Origin: Eledone cirrhosa
Lineage: Eukaryota
Direction: 5' to 3'
Length of the DNA stretch: 64,000 bases
Assembly: GCA_964016885.1 (NCBI GenBank)
Contig: OZ024742.1
Location: 31,930,001-31,994,000, forward strand
The translations under genes were made by a program, and so were the position numbers. Shown here piece after piece: positions 12,641 to 27,500 of the stretch. The number at the start of each line of letters is the position of its first letter. The stretch's first letter is position 1. The notes under the pieces were generated by a model. The model was not told where the DNA came from. It saw only the letters and a list, made by a program, of their open reading frames with translations, and did not search any database.

Positions 12641-15320
12641 GGACTGTAGTCTCTGGTAACTCAATGTCTTCACTGTTACTTAACTGTTCCAACCTAATAT
12701 CTGTGGTATGTAGACTGTGGTCTCTGGTAACTCAATGTCTTCACTGTTACTTAACTGTTCCAACCTAATATCTGTGGTCTGTGGACTGTAGTCTCTGGTA
12801 ACTCAATGTCTTCACTGTTATTTAACTGTTCCTACCTAATATCTGTAATCTGTGGACTGTAGTCTCTGGTAACTCAATGTCTTCACTGTTACTTAACTGT
12901 TCCAACCTAATGTCTGTGGTATGTGGACTGTAGTCTCTGGTAACTCAATGTCTTCACTGTTACTTAACTGTTCCAACCTAATATCTGTGATCTGTGGACT
13001 GTAGTCTCTGGTAACTCAATGTCTTCACTGTTACTTAACTGTTCCAACCTAATGTCTGTGGTCTGTGGACTGTAGTCTCTGGTAACTCAATGTCTTCACT
13101 GTTACTTAACTGTTCCAACCTAATGTCTGTGGTCTGTGGACTGTAGTCTCTGGTAACTCAATGTCTTCACTGTTACTTAACTGTTCCAACCTAATATCTG
13201 TGGTCTGTGGACTGTAGTCTCTGGTAACTCAATGTCTTCACTGTTACTTAACTGTTCCTACCTAATATCTGTAATCTGTGGACTGTAGTCTCTGGTAACT
13301 CAATGTCTTCACTGTTACTTAACTGTTCCAACCTAATGTCTGTGGTATGTGGACTGTAGTCTCTGGTAACTCAATGTCTTCACTGTTCCAACCTAATATC
13401 TGTGGTCTGTGGACTGTAGTCTCTGGTAACTCAATGTCTTCACTGTTACTTAACTGTTCCAACCTAATATCTGTGGTCTGTGGACTGTAGTCTCTGGTAA
13501 CTCAATGTCTTCACTGTTACTTAACTGTTCCAACCTAATATCTGTGGTATGTGGACTGTGGTCTCTGGTAACTCAATGTCTTCACTGTTACTTAACTGTT
13601 CCAACCTAATATCTGTTGTCTGTGGACTGTAGTCTCTGGTAACTCAATGTCTTCACTGTTACTTAACTGTTCCTACCTAATATCTGTAATCTGTGGACTG
13701 TAGTCTCTGGTAACTCAATGTCTTCACTGTTACTTAACTGTTCCAACCTAATGTCTGTGGTATGTGGACTGTAGTCTCTGGTAACTCAATGTCTTCACTG
13801 TTCCAACCTAATATCTGTGGTCTGTGGACTGTAGTCTCTGGTAACTCAATGTCTTCACTGTTACTTAACTGTTCCAACCTAATATCTGTGGTCTGTGGAC
13901 TGTAGTCTCTGGTAACTCAATGTCTTCACTGTTACTTAACTGTTCCAACCTAATGTCTGTGGTCTGTGGACTGTAGTCTCTGGTAACTCAATGTCTTCAC
14001 TGTTACTTAACTGTTCCAACCTAATATCTGTGGTATGTAGACTGTGGTCTCTGGTAACTCAATGTCTTCACTGTTACTTAACTGTTCCAACCTAATATCT
14101 GTGGTCTGTGGACTGTAGTCTTTGGTAACACAATGTCTTCACTGTTACTTAACTGTTCCTACCTAATATCTGTAATCTGTGGACTGTAGTCTCTGGTAAC
14201 TCAATGTCTTCACTGTTACTTAACTGTTCCAACCTAATGTCTGTGGTATGTGGACTGTAGTCTCTGGTAACTCAATGTCTTCACTGTTCCAACCTAATAT
14301 CTGTGGTCTGTGGACTGTAGTCTCTGGTAACTCAATGTCTTCACTGTTACTTAACTCTTCCAACCTAATATCTGTGGTCTGTGGACTGTAGTCTCTGGTA
14401 ACTCAATGTCTTCACTGTTACTTAACTGTTCCAACCTAATGTCTGTGGTATGTGGACTGTGGTCTCTGGTAACTCAATGTCTTCACTGTTACTTAACTGT
14501 TCCAACCTAATATCTGTGGTCTGTGGACTGTAGTCTCTGGTAACTCAATGTCTTCACTGTTACTTAACTGTTCCAACCTAATATCTGTGGTATGTGGACT
14601 GTAGTCTCTGGTAACTCAATGTCTTCACTGTTACTTAACTGTTCCAACCTAATGTCTGTGGTATGTGGACTGTAGTCTCTGGTAACTCAATGTCTTCACT
14701 GTTACTTAACTGTTCCAACCTAATATCTGTGGTCTGTGGACTCTGGTAACTCAATGTCTTCACTGTTACTTAACTGTTCCAACCTAATATCTGTGGTCTG
14801 TGGACTGTAGTCTCTGGTAACTCAATGTCTTCACTCTTACTTAACTGTTCCAACCTAATATCTGTGGTCTGTTGACTGTAGTCTCTGGTAACTCAATGTC
14901 TTCACTGTTACTTAACTGTTCCTACCTAATATCTGTAATCTGTGGACTGTAGTCTCTTGTAACTCAATGTCTTCACTGTTACTTAACTGTTCCAACCTAA
15001 TGTCTGTGGTCTGTGGACTGTAGTCTCTGGTAACTCAATGTCTTCACTGTTACTTAACTGTTCCAACCTAATATCTGTGGTATGTAGACTGTGGTCTCTG
15101 GTAACTCAATGTCTTCACTGTTACTTAACTGTTCCAACCTAATATCTGTGGTCTGTGGACTGTAGTCTCTGGTAACTCAATGTCTTCACTGTTATTTAAC
15201 TGTTCCTACCTAATATCTGTAATCTGTGGACTGTAGTCTCTGGTAACTCAATGTCTTCACTGTTACTTAACTGTTCCAACCTAATGTCTGTGGTATGTGG
15301 ACTGTAGTCTCTGGTAACTC
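10570..15320. repeat. Tandem duplication, period 2381 bp (2374 after a 7-bp deletion)
   Basis: GTGAT 10609/12990, GTTGTC 11236/13617 and TTGGTAACAC 11741/14122 are all +2381. CACTCT 12462/14836 is +2374, explained by the deletion near 14743. Confidence 0.9.
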
Positions 15321-15599
15321 AATGTCTTCACTGTTCCAACCTAATATCTGTGGTCTGTGGACTGTAGTCTCTGGTAACTCAATGTCTTCACTGTTACTTA
15401 ACTGTTCCAACCTAATATCTGTGGTCTGTGGACTGTAGTCTCTGGTAACTCAATGTCTTCACTGTTACTTAACTGTTCCAACCTAATATCTGTGGTATGT
15501 GGACTGTGGTCTCTGGTAACTCAATGTCTTCACTGTTACTTAACTGCTCCAACCTAATATCTGTGGTCTGTGGACTGTAGTCTCTGGTAACTCAATGTC

Positions 15600-18500
15600 T
15601 TCACTGTTACTTAACTGTTCCAACCTAATGTCTGTGGTCTGTGGACTGTAGTCTCTGGTAACTCAATGTCTTCACTGTTACTTAACTGTTCCTACCTAAT
15701 ATCTGTAATCTGTGGACTGTAGTCTCTGGTAACTCAATGTCTTCACTGTTACTTAACTGTTCCAACCTAATGTCTGTGGTATGTGGACTGTAGTCTCTGG
15801 TAACTCAATGTCTTCACTGTTCCAACCTAATATCTGTGGTCTGTGGACTGTAGTCTCTGGTAACTCAATGTCTTCACTGTTACTTAACTGTTCCAACCTA
15901 ATATCTGTGGTCTGTGGACTGTAGTCTCTGGTAACTCAATGTCTTCACTGTTACTTAACTGTTCCAACCTAATATCTGTGGTATGTGGACTGTGGTCTCT
16001 GGTAACTCATTGTCTTCACTGTTACTTAACTGTTCCAACCTAATATCTGTTGTCTGTGGACTGTAGTCTCTGGTAACTCAATGTCTTCACTGTTACTTAA
16101 CTGTTCCTACCTAATATCTGTAATCTGAGGACTGTAGTCTCTGGTAACTCAATGTCTTCACTGTTACTTAACTGTTCCAACCTAATGTCTGTGGTATGTG
16201 GACTGTAGTCTCTGGTAACTCAATGTCTTCACTGTTCCAACCTAATATCTGTGGTCTGTGGACTGTAGTCTCTGGTAACTCAATGTCTTCACTGTTACTT
16301 AACTGTTCCAACCTAATATCTGTGGTCTGTGGACTGTAGTCTCTGGTAACTCAATGTCTTCACTGTTACTTAACTGTTCCAACCTAATGTCTGTGGTCTG
16401 TGGACTGTAGTCTCTGGTAACTCAATGTCTTCACTGTTACTTAACTGTTCCAACCTAATATCTGTGGTATGTAGACTGTGGTCTCTGGTAACTCAATGTC
16501 TTCACTGTTACTTAACTGTTCCAACCTAATATCTGTGGTCTGTGGACTGTAGTCTCTGGTAACTCAATGTCTTCACTGTTATTTAACTGTTCCTACCTAA
16601 TATCTGTAATCTGTGGACTGTAGTCTCTGGTAACTCAATGTCTTCACTGTTACTTAACTGTTCCAACCTAATGTCTGTGGTATGTGGACTGTAGTCTCTG
16701 GTAACTCAATGTCTTCACTGTTCCAACCTAATATCTGTGGTCTGTGGACTGTAGTCTCTGGTAACTCAATGTCTTCACTGTTACTTAACTGTTCCAACCT
16801 AATATCTGTGGTCTGTGGACTGTAGTCTCTGGTAACTCAATGTCTTCACTGTTACTTAACTGTTCCAACCTAATGTCTGTGGTATGTGGACTGTGGTCTC
16901 TGGTAACTCAATGTCTTCACTGTTACTTAACTGTTCCAACCTAATATCTGTGGTCTGTGGACTGTAGTCTCTGGTAACTCAATGTCTTCACTGTTACTTA
17001 ACTGTTCCAACCTAATATCTGTGGTCTGTGGACTGTAGTCTCTGGTAACTCAATGTCTTCACTGTTACTTAACTGTTCCAACCTAATATCTGTGGTATGT
17101 GGACTGTACTCTCCGGTAACTCAATGTCTTCACTGTTACTTAACTGTTCCAACCTAATGTCTGTGCTATGTGGACTGTAGTCTCTGGTAACTCAATGTCT
17201 TCACTGTTACTTAACTGTTCCAACCTAATATCTGTGGTCTGTGGACTGTAGTCTCTGGTAACTCAATGTCTTCACTGTTACTTAACTGTTCCTACCTAAT
17301 ATCTGTGGTATGTGGACTGTGGTCTCTGGTAACTCAATGTCTTCACTGTTACTTAACTGTTCCAACCTAATATCTGCGGTCTGTGGACTGTAGTCTCTGG
17401 TAACTCAATGTCTTCACTGTTACTTAACTGTTCCAACCTAATGTCTGTGGTCTGTGGACTGTAGTCTCTGGTAACTCAATGTCTTCACTGTTACTTAACT
17501 GTTCCAACCTAATATCTGTGGTCTGTGGACTGTAGTCTCTGGTAACTCAATGTCTTCACTGTTACTTAACTGTTCCTACCTAATATCTGTAATCTGTGGA
17601 CTGTAGTCTCTGGTAACTCAATGTCTTCACTGTTACTTAACTGTTCCAACCTAATGTCTGTGGTATGTGGACTGTAGTCTCTGGTAACTCAATGTCTTCA
17701 CTGTTCCAACCTAATATCTGTGGTCTGTGGACTGTAGTCTCTGGTAACTCAATGTCTTCACTGTTACTTAACTGTTCCAACCTAATATCTGTGGTCTGTG
17801 TACTGTAGTCTCTGGTAACTCAATGTGTTCACTGTTACTTAACTGTTCCTACCTAATATCTGTAATCTGTGGACTGTAGTCTCTGGTAACTCAATGTCTT
17901 CACTGTTACTTAACTGTTCCAACCTAATGTCTGTGGTATGTGGACTGTAGTCTCTGGTAACTCAATGTCTTCACTGTTCCAACCTAATATCTGTGGTCTG
18001 TGGTGTAGTCTCTGGTAACTCAATGTCTTCACTGTTACTTAACTGTTCCAACCTAATATCTGTGGTCTGTGGACTGTAGTCTCTGGTAACTCAATGTCTT
18101 CACTGTTGCTTAACTGTTCCAACCTAATGTCTGTGGTATGTGGACTGTAGTCTCTGGTAACTCAATGTCTTCACTGTTACTTAACTGTTCCAACCTAATA
18201 TCTGTGGTCTGTGGACTGTAGTCTCTGGTAACTCAATGTCTTCACTGTTACTTAACTGTTCCAACCTAATATCTGTGGTATGTGGACTGTGGTGTCTGGT
18301 AACTCAATGTCTTCACTGTTACTTAACTGTTCCAACCTAATATCTGTGGTCTCTGGACTGTAGTCTCTGGTAACTCAATGTCTTCACTGTTACTTAACTG
18401 TTCCTACCTAATATCTGTAATCTGTGGACTGTAGTCTCTGGTAACTCAATGTCTTCACTGTTACTTAACTGTTCCAACCTAATGTCTGTGGTATGTGGAC

Positions 18501-21500
18501 TGTAGTCTCTGGTAACTCAATGTCTTCACTGTTCCAACCTAATATCTGTGGTCTGTGGACTGTAGTCTCTGGTAACTCAATGTCTTCACTGTTACTTAAC
18601 TGTTCCAACCTAATATCTGTGGTCTGTGAACTGTAGTCTCTGGTAACTCAATGTCTTCACTGTTACTTAACTGTTCCAACCTAATATCTGTGGTATGAGG
18701 ACTGTGGTCTCTGGTAACTCAATGTCTTCACTGTTACTTAACTGTTCCAACCTAATATCTGTGGTCTGTGGACTGTAGTCTCTGGTAACTCAATGTCTTC
18801 ACTGTTATTTAACTGTTGCTACCTAATATCTGTAATCTGTGGACTGTAGTCTCTGGTAACTCAATGTCTTCACTGTTACTTAACTGTTCCAACCTAATGT
18901 CTGTGGTATGTGGACTGTAGTCTCTGGTAACTCAATGTCTTCACTGTTCCAACCTAATATCTGTGGTCTGTGGACTGTAGTCTCTGGTAACTCAATGTCT
19001 TCACTGTTACTTAACTGTTCAAACCTAATGTCTGTGGTATGTGGACTGTAGTCTCTGGTAACTCAATGTCTTCACTGTTCCAACCTAATATCTGTGGTCT
19101 GTGGACTGTAGTCTCTGGTAACTCAATGTCTTCACTGTTACTTAACTGTTCCAACCTAATATCTGTGGTCTGTGGACTGTAGTCTGGTAACTCAATGTCT
19201 TCACTGTTACTTAACTGTTCCAACCTAATGTCTGTGGTCTGTGGACTGTAGTCTCTGGTAACTCAATGTCTTCACTGTTACTTAACTGTTCCAACCTAAT
19301 ATCTGTGGTATGTGGACTGTGGTCTCTGGTAACTCAATGTCTTCACTGTTACTTAACTGTTCCAACCTAATATCTGTGGTCTGTGGACTGTAGTCTCTGG
19401 TAACTCAATGTCTTCACTGTTACTTAACTGTTCCTACCTAATATCTGTAATCTGTGGACTGTAGTCTCTGGTAACTCAATGTCTTCACTGTTACTTAACT
19501 GTTCCAACCTAATGTCTGTGGTATGTGGACTGTAGGCTCTGGTAACTCAATGTCTTCACTGTTCCAACCTAATATCTGTGGTCTGTGGACTGTAGTCTCT
19601 GGTAACTCAATGTCTTCACTGTTACTTAACTGTTCCAACCTAATATCTGTGGTCTGTGGACTGTAGTCTCTGGTAACTCAATGTCTTCACTGTTACTTAA
19701 CTGTTCCAACCTAATATCTGTGGTATGTGGACTGTGGTCTCTGGTAACTCAATGTCTTCACTGTTACTTAACTGTTCCAACCTAATGTCTGTGGTATGTG
19801 GACTGTAGTCTCTGGTAACTCAATGTCTTCACTGTTCCAACCTAATATCTGTGGTCTGTGGACTGTAGTCTCTGGTAACTCAATGTCTTCACTGTTACTT
19901 AACTGTTCCAACCTAATATCTGTGGTCTGTGGACTGTAGTCTCTGGTAACTCAATGTCTTCACTGTTACTTAACTGTTCCAACCTAATATCTGTGGTCTG
20001 TGGACTGTAGTCTCTGGTAACTCAATGTCTTCACTGTTACTTAACCGTTCCAACCTAATATCTGTGGTATGTGGACTGTGGTCTCTGGTAACTCAATGTC
20101 TTCACTGTTACTTAACTGTTCCAACCTAATATCTGTGGTCTGTGGACTGTAGTCTCTGGTAACTCAATGTCTTCACTGTTACTTAACTGTTCCAACCTAA
20201 TATCTGTGGTCTGTGGACTGTAGTCTCTGGTAACTCAATGTCTTCACTGTTACTTAACCGTTCCAACCTAATATCTGTGGTATGTGGACTGTGGTCTCTG
20301 GTAACTCAATGTCTTCACTGTTACTTAACTGTTCCAACCTAATATCTGTGGTCTGTGGACTGTAGTCTCTGGTAACTCAATGTCTTCACTGTTACTTAAC
20401 TGTTCCTACCTAATATCTGTAATCTGTGGACTGTAGTCTCTGGTAACTCAATGTCTTCACTGTTACTTAACTGTTCCAACCTAATGTCTGTGGTATGTGG
20501 ACTGTAGTCTCTGGTAACTCAATGTCTTCACTGTTCCAACCTAATATCTGTGGTCTGTGGACTGTAGTCTCTGGTAACTCAATGTCTTCACTGTTACTTA
20601 ACTGTTCCAACCTAATATCTGTGGTCTGTGGACTGTAGTCTCTGGTAACTCAATGTCTTCACTGTTGCTTAACTGTTCCAACCTAATGTCTGTGGTCTGT
20701 GGACTGTAGTCTCTGGTAACTCAATGTCTTCACTGTTACTTAACTGTTCCAACCTAATATCTGTGGTATGTGGACTGTGGTGTCTGGTAACTCAATGTCT
20801 TCACTGTTACTTAACTGTTCCAACCTAATATCTGTGGTCTGTGGACTGTAGTCTCTGGTAACTCAATGTCTTCACTGTTACTTAACTGTTCCTACCTAAT
20901 ATCTGTAATCTGTGGACTGTAGTCTCTGGTAACTCAATGTCTTCACTGTTACTTAACTGTTCCAACCTAATGTCTGTTGTATGTGGACTGTAGTCTCTGG
21001 TAACTCAATGTCTTCACTGTTCCAACCTAATATCTGTGGTCTGTGGACTGTAGTCTCTGGTAACTCAATGTCTTCACTGTTACTTAACTGTTCCAACCTA
21101 ATATCTGTGGTCTGTGAACTGTAGTCTCTGGTAACTCAATGTCTTCACTGTTACTTAACTGTTCCAACCTAGTATCTGTGGTATGTGGACTGTGGTCTCT
21201 GGTAACTCAATGTCTTCACTGTTACTTAACTGTTCCAACCTAATATCTGTGGTCTGTGGACTGTAGTCTCTGGTAACTCAATGTCTTCACTGTTACTTAA
21301 CTGTTCCTACCTAATATCTGTAATCTGTGGACTGTAGTCTCTGGTAACTCAATGTCTTCACTGTTACTTAACTGTTCCAACCTAATGTCTGTGGTATGTG
21401 GACTGTAGTCTCTGGTAACTCAATGTCTTCACTGTTCCAACCTAATATCTGTGGTCTGTGGACTGTAGTCTCTGGTAACTCAATGTCTTCACTGTTACTT

Positions 21501-24500
21501 AACTGTTCCAACCTAATGTCTGTGGTATGTGGACTGTAGTCTCTGGTAACTCAATGTCTTCACTGTTCCAACCTAATATCTGTGGTCTGTGGACTGTAGT
21601 CTCTGGTAACTCAATGTCTTCACTGTTACTTAACTGTTCCAACCTAATATCTGTGGTCTGTGGACTGTAGTCTGGTAACTCAATGTCTTCACTGTTACTT
21701 AACTGTTCCAACCTAATGTCTGTGGTCTGTGGACTGTAGTCTCTGGTAACTCAATGTCTTCACTGTTACTTAACTGTTCCAACCTAATATCTGTGGTATG
21801 TGGACTGTGGTCTCTGGTAACTCAATGTCTTCACTGTTACTTAACTGTTCCAACCTAATATCTGTGGTCTGTGGACTGTAGTCTCTGGTAACTCAATGTC
21901 TTCACTGTTACTTAACTGTTCCTACCTAATATCTGTAATCTGTGGACTGTAGTCTCTGGTAACTCAATGTCTTCACTGTTCCAACCTAATATCTGTGGTC
22001 TGTGGACTGTAGTCTCTGGTAACTCAATGTCTTCACTGTTACTTAACTGTTCCAACCTAATATCTGTGGTCTGTGGACTGTAGTCTCTGGTAACTCAATG
22101 TCTTCACTGTTACTTAACTGTTCCAACCTAATATCTGTGGTCTGTGGACTTTAGTCTCTGGTAACTAAATGTCTTCACTGTTACTTAACTGTTCCAACCT
22201 AATATCTGTGGTATGTGGACTGTAGTGTCTGGTAACTCAATGTCTTCACTGTTACTTAACTGTTCCAACCTAATGTCTGTGGTATGTGGACTGTAGTCTC
22301 TGGTAACTCAATGTCTTCACTGTTACTTAACTGTTCCTACCTAATATCTGTGGTCTGTGGACTGTAGTCTCTGGTAACTCAATGTCTTCACTGTTACTTA
22401 ACTGTTCCAACCTAATGTCTGTGGTCTGTGGACTGTAGTCTTTGGTAACTCAATGTCTTCACTGTTACTTAACTGTTCCAACCTAATATCTGTGGTCTGT
22501 GGACTGTAGTCTCTGGTAACTCAATGTCTTCACTGTTATTTAACTGTTCCTACCTAATATCTGTAATCTGTGGACTGTAGTCTCTGGTAACTCAATGTCT
22601 TCACTGTTACTTAACTGTTCCAACCTAATATCTGTGGTCTGTGGACTGTAGTCTCTGGTAACTCAATGTCTTCACTGTTACTTAACTGTTCCAACCTAAT
22701 GTCTGTGGTATGTGGACTGTAGTCTCTGGTAACTCAATGTCTTCACCGTTCCAACCTAATATCTCTGGTCTGTGGACTGTAGTCTCTGGTAACTCAATGT
22801 CTTCACTGTTACTTAACTGTTCCAACCTAATGTGTGTGGTCTGTGGACTGTGGTCTCTGGTAACTCAATGTCTTCACTGTTACTTAACTGTTCCAACCTA
22901 ATGTGTGTGGTCTGTGGACTGTGGTCTCTGGTAACTCAATGTCTTCACTGTTACTTAACTGTTCCAACCTAATGTGTGTGGTCTGTGGACTGTGGTCTCT
23001 GGTAACTCAATGTCTTCACTGTTACTTAACTGTTCCAACCTAATGTCTGTGGTCTGTGGACTGTGGTCTCTGGTAACTCAATGTCTTCACTGTTACTTAA
23101 CTGTTCCAACCTAATATCTGTGGTATGTGGACTGTGGTCACTGGTAACTCAATGTCTTCACTGTTACTTAACTGTTCCAACCTAATATCTGTGGTCTGTG
23201 GACTGTAGTCTCTGGTAACTCAATGTCTTCACTGTTACTTAACTGTTCCAACCTAATATCTGTGGTCTGTGGACTTTAGTCTCTGGTAACTAAATGTCTT
23301 CACTGTTACTTAACTGTTCCAACCTAATATCTGTGGTATGTGGACTGTAGTGTCTGGTAACTCAATGTCTTCACTGTTACTTAACTGTTCCAACCTAATA
23401 TCTGTGATCTGTGGACTGTAGTCTCTGGTAACTCAATGTCTTCACTGTTACTTAACTGTTCCAACCTAATGTCTGTGGTCTGTGGACTGTAGTCTCTGGT
23501 AACTCAATGTCTTCACTGTTACTTAACTGTTCCAACCTAATGTCTGTGGTCTGTGGACTGTAGTCTCTGGTAACTCAATGTCTTCACTGTTACTTAACTG
23601 TTCCAACCTAATATCTGTGGTCTGTGGACTGTAGTCTCTGGTAACTCAATGTCTTCACTGTTACTTAACTGTTCCTACCTAATATCTGTAATCTGTGGAC
23701 TGTAGTCTCTGGTAACTCAATGTCTTCACTGTTACTTAACTGTTCCAACCTAATGTCTGTGGTATGTGGACTGTAGTCTCTGGTAACTCAATGTCTTCAC
23801 TGTTCCAACCTAATATCTGTGGTCTGTGGACTGTAGTCTCTGGTAACTCAATGTCTTCACTGTTACTTAACTGTTCCAACCTAATATCTGTGGTCTGTGG
23901 ACTGTAGTCTCTGGTAACTCAATGTCTTCACTGTTACTTAACTGTTCCAACCTAATATCTGTGGTATGTGGACTGTGGTCTCTGGTAACTCAATGTCTTC
24001 ACTGTTACTTAACTGTTCCAACCTAATATCTGTTGTCTGTGGACTGTAGTCTCTGGTAACTCAATGTCTTCACTGTTACTTAACTGTTCCTACCTAATAT
24101 CTGTAATCTGTGGACTGTAGTCTCTGGTAACTCAATGTCTTCACTGTTACTTAACTGTTCCAACCTAATGTCTGTGGTATGTGGACTGTAGTCTCTGGTA
24201 ACTCAATGTCTTCACTGTTCCAACCTAATATCTGTGGTCTGTGGACTGTAGTCTCTGGTAACTCAATGTCTTCACTGTTACTTAACTGTTCCAACCTAAT
24301 ATCTGTGGTCTGTGGACTGTAGTCTCTGGTAACTCAATGTCTTCACTGTTACTTAACTGTTCCAACCTAATGTCTGTGGTCTGTGGACTGTAGTCTCTGG
24401 TAACTCAATGTCTTCACTGTTACTTAACTGTTCCAACCTAATATCTGTGGTATGTAGACTGTGGTCTCTGGTAACTCAATGTCTTCACTGTTACTTAACT

Positions 24501-27500
24501 GTTCCAACCTAATATCTGTGGTCTGTGGACTGTAGTCTTTGGTAACACAATGTCTTCACTGTTACTTAACTGTTCCTACCTAATATCTGTAATCTGTGGA
24601 CTGTAGTCTCTGGTAACTCAATGTCTTCACTGTTACTTAACTGTTCCAACCTAATGTCTGTGGTATGTGGACTGTAGTCTCTGGTAACTCAATGTCTTCA
24701 CTGTTCCAACCTAATATCTGTGGTCTGTGGACTGTAGTCTCTGGTAACTCAATGTCTTCACTGTTACTTAACTGTTCCAACCTAATATCTGTGGTCTGTG
24801 GACTGTAGTCTCTGGTAACTCAATGTCTTCACTGTTACTTAACTGTTCCAACCTAATGTCTGTGGTATGTGGACTGTGGTCTCTGGTAACTCAATGTCTT
24901 CACTGTTACTTAACTGTTCCAACCTAATATCTGTGGTCTGTGGACTGTAGTCTCTGGTAACTCAATGTCTTCACTGTTACTTAACTGTTCCAACCTAATA
25001 TCTGTGGTATGTGGACTGTAGTCTCTGGTAACTCAATGTCTTCACTGTTACTTAACTGTTCCAACCTAATGTCTGTGGTATGTGGACTGTAGTCTCTGGT
25101 AACTCAATGTCTTCACTGTTACTTAACTGTTCCAACCTAATATCTGTGGTCTGTGGACTGTAGTCTCTGGTAACTCAATGTCTTCACTGTTACTTAACTG
25201 TTCCAACCTAATATCTGTGGTCTGTGGACTGTAGTCTCTGGTAACTCAATGTCTTCACTCTTACTTAACTGTTCCAACCTAATATCTGTGGTCTGTTGAC
25301 TGTAGTCTCTGGTAACTCAATGTCTTCACTGTTACTTAACTGTTCCTACCTAATATCTGTAATCTGTGGACTGTAGTCTCTTGTAACTCAATGTCTTCAC
25401 TGTTACTTAACTGTTCCAACCTAATGTCTGTGGTCTGTGGACTGTAGTCTCTGGTAACTCAATGTCTTCACTGTTACTTAACTGTTCCAACCTAATATCT
25501 GTGGTATGTAGACTGTGGTCTCTGGTAACTCAATGTCTTCACTGTTACTTAACTGTTCCAACCTAATATCTGTGGTCTGTGGACTGTAGTCTCTGGTAAC
25601 TCAATGTCTTCACTGTTATTTAACTGTTCCTACCTAATATCTGTAATCTGTGGACTGTAGTCTCTGGTAACTCAATGTCTTCACTGTTACTTAACTGTTC
25701 CAACCTAATGTCTGTGGTATGTGGACTGTAGTCTCTGGTAACTCAATGTCTTCACTGTTCCAACCTAATATCTGTGGTCTGTGGACTGTAGTCTCTGGTA
25801 ACTCAATGTCTTCACTGTTACTTAACTGTTCCAACCTAATATCTGTGGTCTGTGGACTGTAGTCTCTGGTAACTCAATGTCTTCACTGTTACTTAACTGT
25901 TCCAACCTAATATCTGTGGTATGTGGACTGTGGTCTCTGGTAACTCAATGTCTTCACTGTTACTTAACTGTTCCAACCTAATATCTGTGGTCTGTGGACT
26001 GTAGTCTCTGGTAACTCAATGTCTTCACTGTTACTTAACTGTTCCTACCTAATATCTGTAATCTGTGGACTGTAGTCTCTGGTAACTCAATGTCTTCACT
26101 GTTACTTAACTGTTCCAACCTAATGTCTGTGGTATGTGGACTGTAGTCTCTGGTAACTCAATGTCTTCACTGTTCCAACCTAATATCTGTGGTCTGTGGA
26201 CTGTAGTCTCTGGTAACTCAATGTCTTCACTGTTACTTAACTGTTCCAACCTAATATCTGTGGTCTGTGGACTGTAGTCTCTGGTAACTCAATGTCTTCA
26301 CTGTTACTTAACTGTTCCAACCTAATATCTGTGGTATGTGGACTGTACTCTCTGGTAACTCAATGTCTTCACTGTTACTTAACTGTTCCAACCTAATGTC
26401 TGTGGTATGTGGACTGTAGTCTCTGGTAACTCAATGTCTTCACTGTTACTTAACTGTTCCAACCTAATATCTGTGGTCTGTGGACTGTAGTCTCTGGTAA
26501 CTCAATGTCTTCACTGTTACTTAACTGTTCCTACCTAATATCTGTGGTATGTGGACTGTGGTCTCTGGTAACTCAATGTCTTCACTGTTACTTAACTGTT
26601 CCAACCTAATATCTGCGGTCTGTGGACTGTAGTCTCTGGTAACTCAATGTCTTCACTGTTACTTAACTGTTCCTACCTAATATCTGTGGTATGTGGACTG
26701 TGGTCTCTGGTAACTCAATGTCTTCACTGTTACTTAACTGTTCCAACCTAATATCTGCGGTCTGTGGACTGTAGTGTCTGGTAACTCAATGTCTTCACTG
26801 TTACTTAACTGTTCCAACCTAATGTCTGTGGTCTGTGGACTGTAGTCTCTGGTAACTCAATGTCTTCACTCTTACTTAACTGTTCCAACCTAATATCTGT
26901 GGTCTGTTGACTGTAGTCTCTGGTAACTCAATGTCTTCACTGTTACTTAACTGTTCCTACCTAATATCTGTAATCTGTGGACTGTAGTCTCTGGTAACTC
27001 AATGTCTTCACTGTTACTTAACTGTTCCAACCTAATGTCTGTGGTATGTGGACTGTAGTCTCTGGTAACTCAATGTCTTCACTGTTACTTAACTGTTCCA
27101 ACCTAATATCTGTGGTATGTGGACTGTGGTCTCTGGTAACTCAATGTCTTCACTGTTACTTAACTGTTCCAACCTAATATCTGTGGTCTGTGGACTGTAG
27201 TCTCTGGTAACTCAATGTCTTCACTGTTACTTAACTGTTACTACCTAATATCTGTAATCTGTGGACTGTAGTCTCTGGTAACTCAATGTCTTCACTGTTA
27301 CTTAACTGTTCCAACCTAATGTCTGTGGTATGTGGACTGTAGTCTCTGGTAACTCAATGTCTTCACTGTTCCAACCTAATATCTGTGGTCTGTGGACTGT
27401 AGTCTCTGGTAACTCAATGTCTTCACTGTTACTTAACTGTTCCAACCTAATATCTGTGGTATGTGGACTGTAGTCTCTGGTAACTCAATGTCTTCACTGT

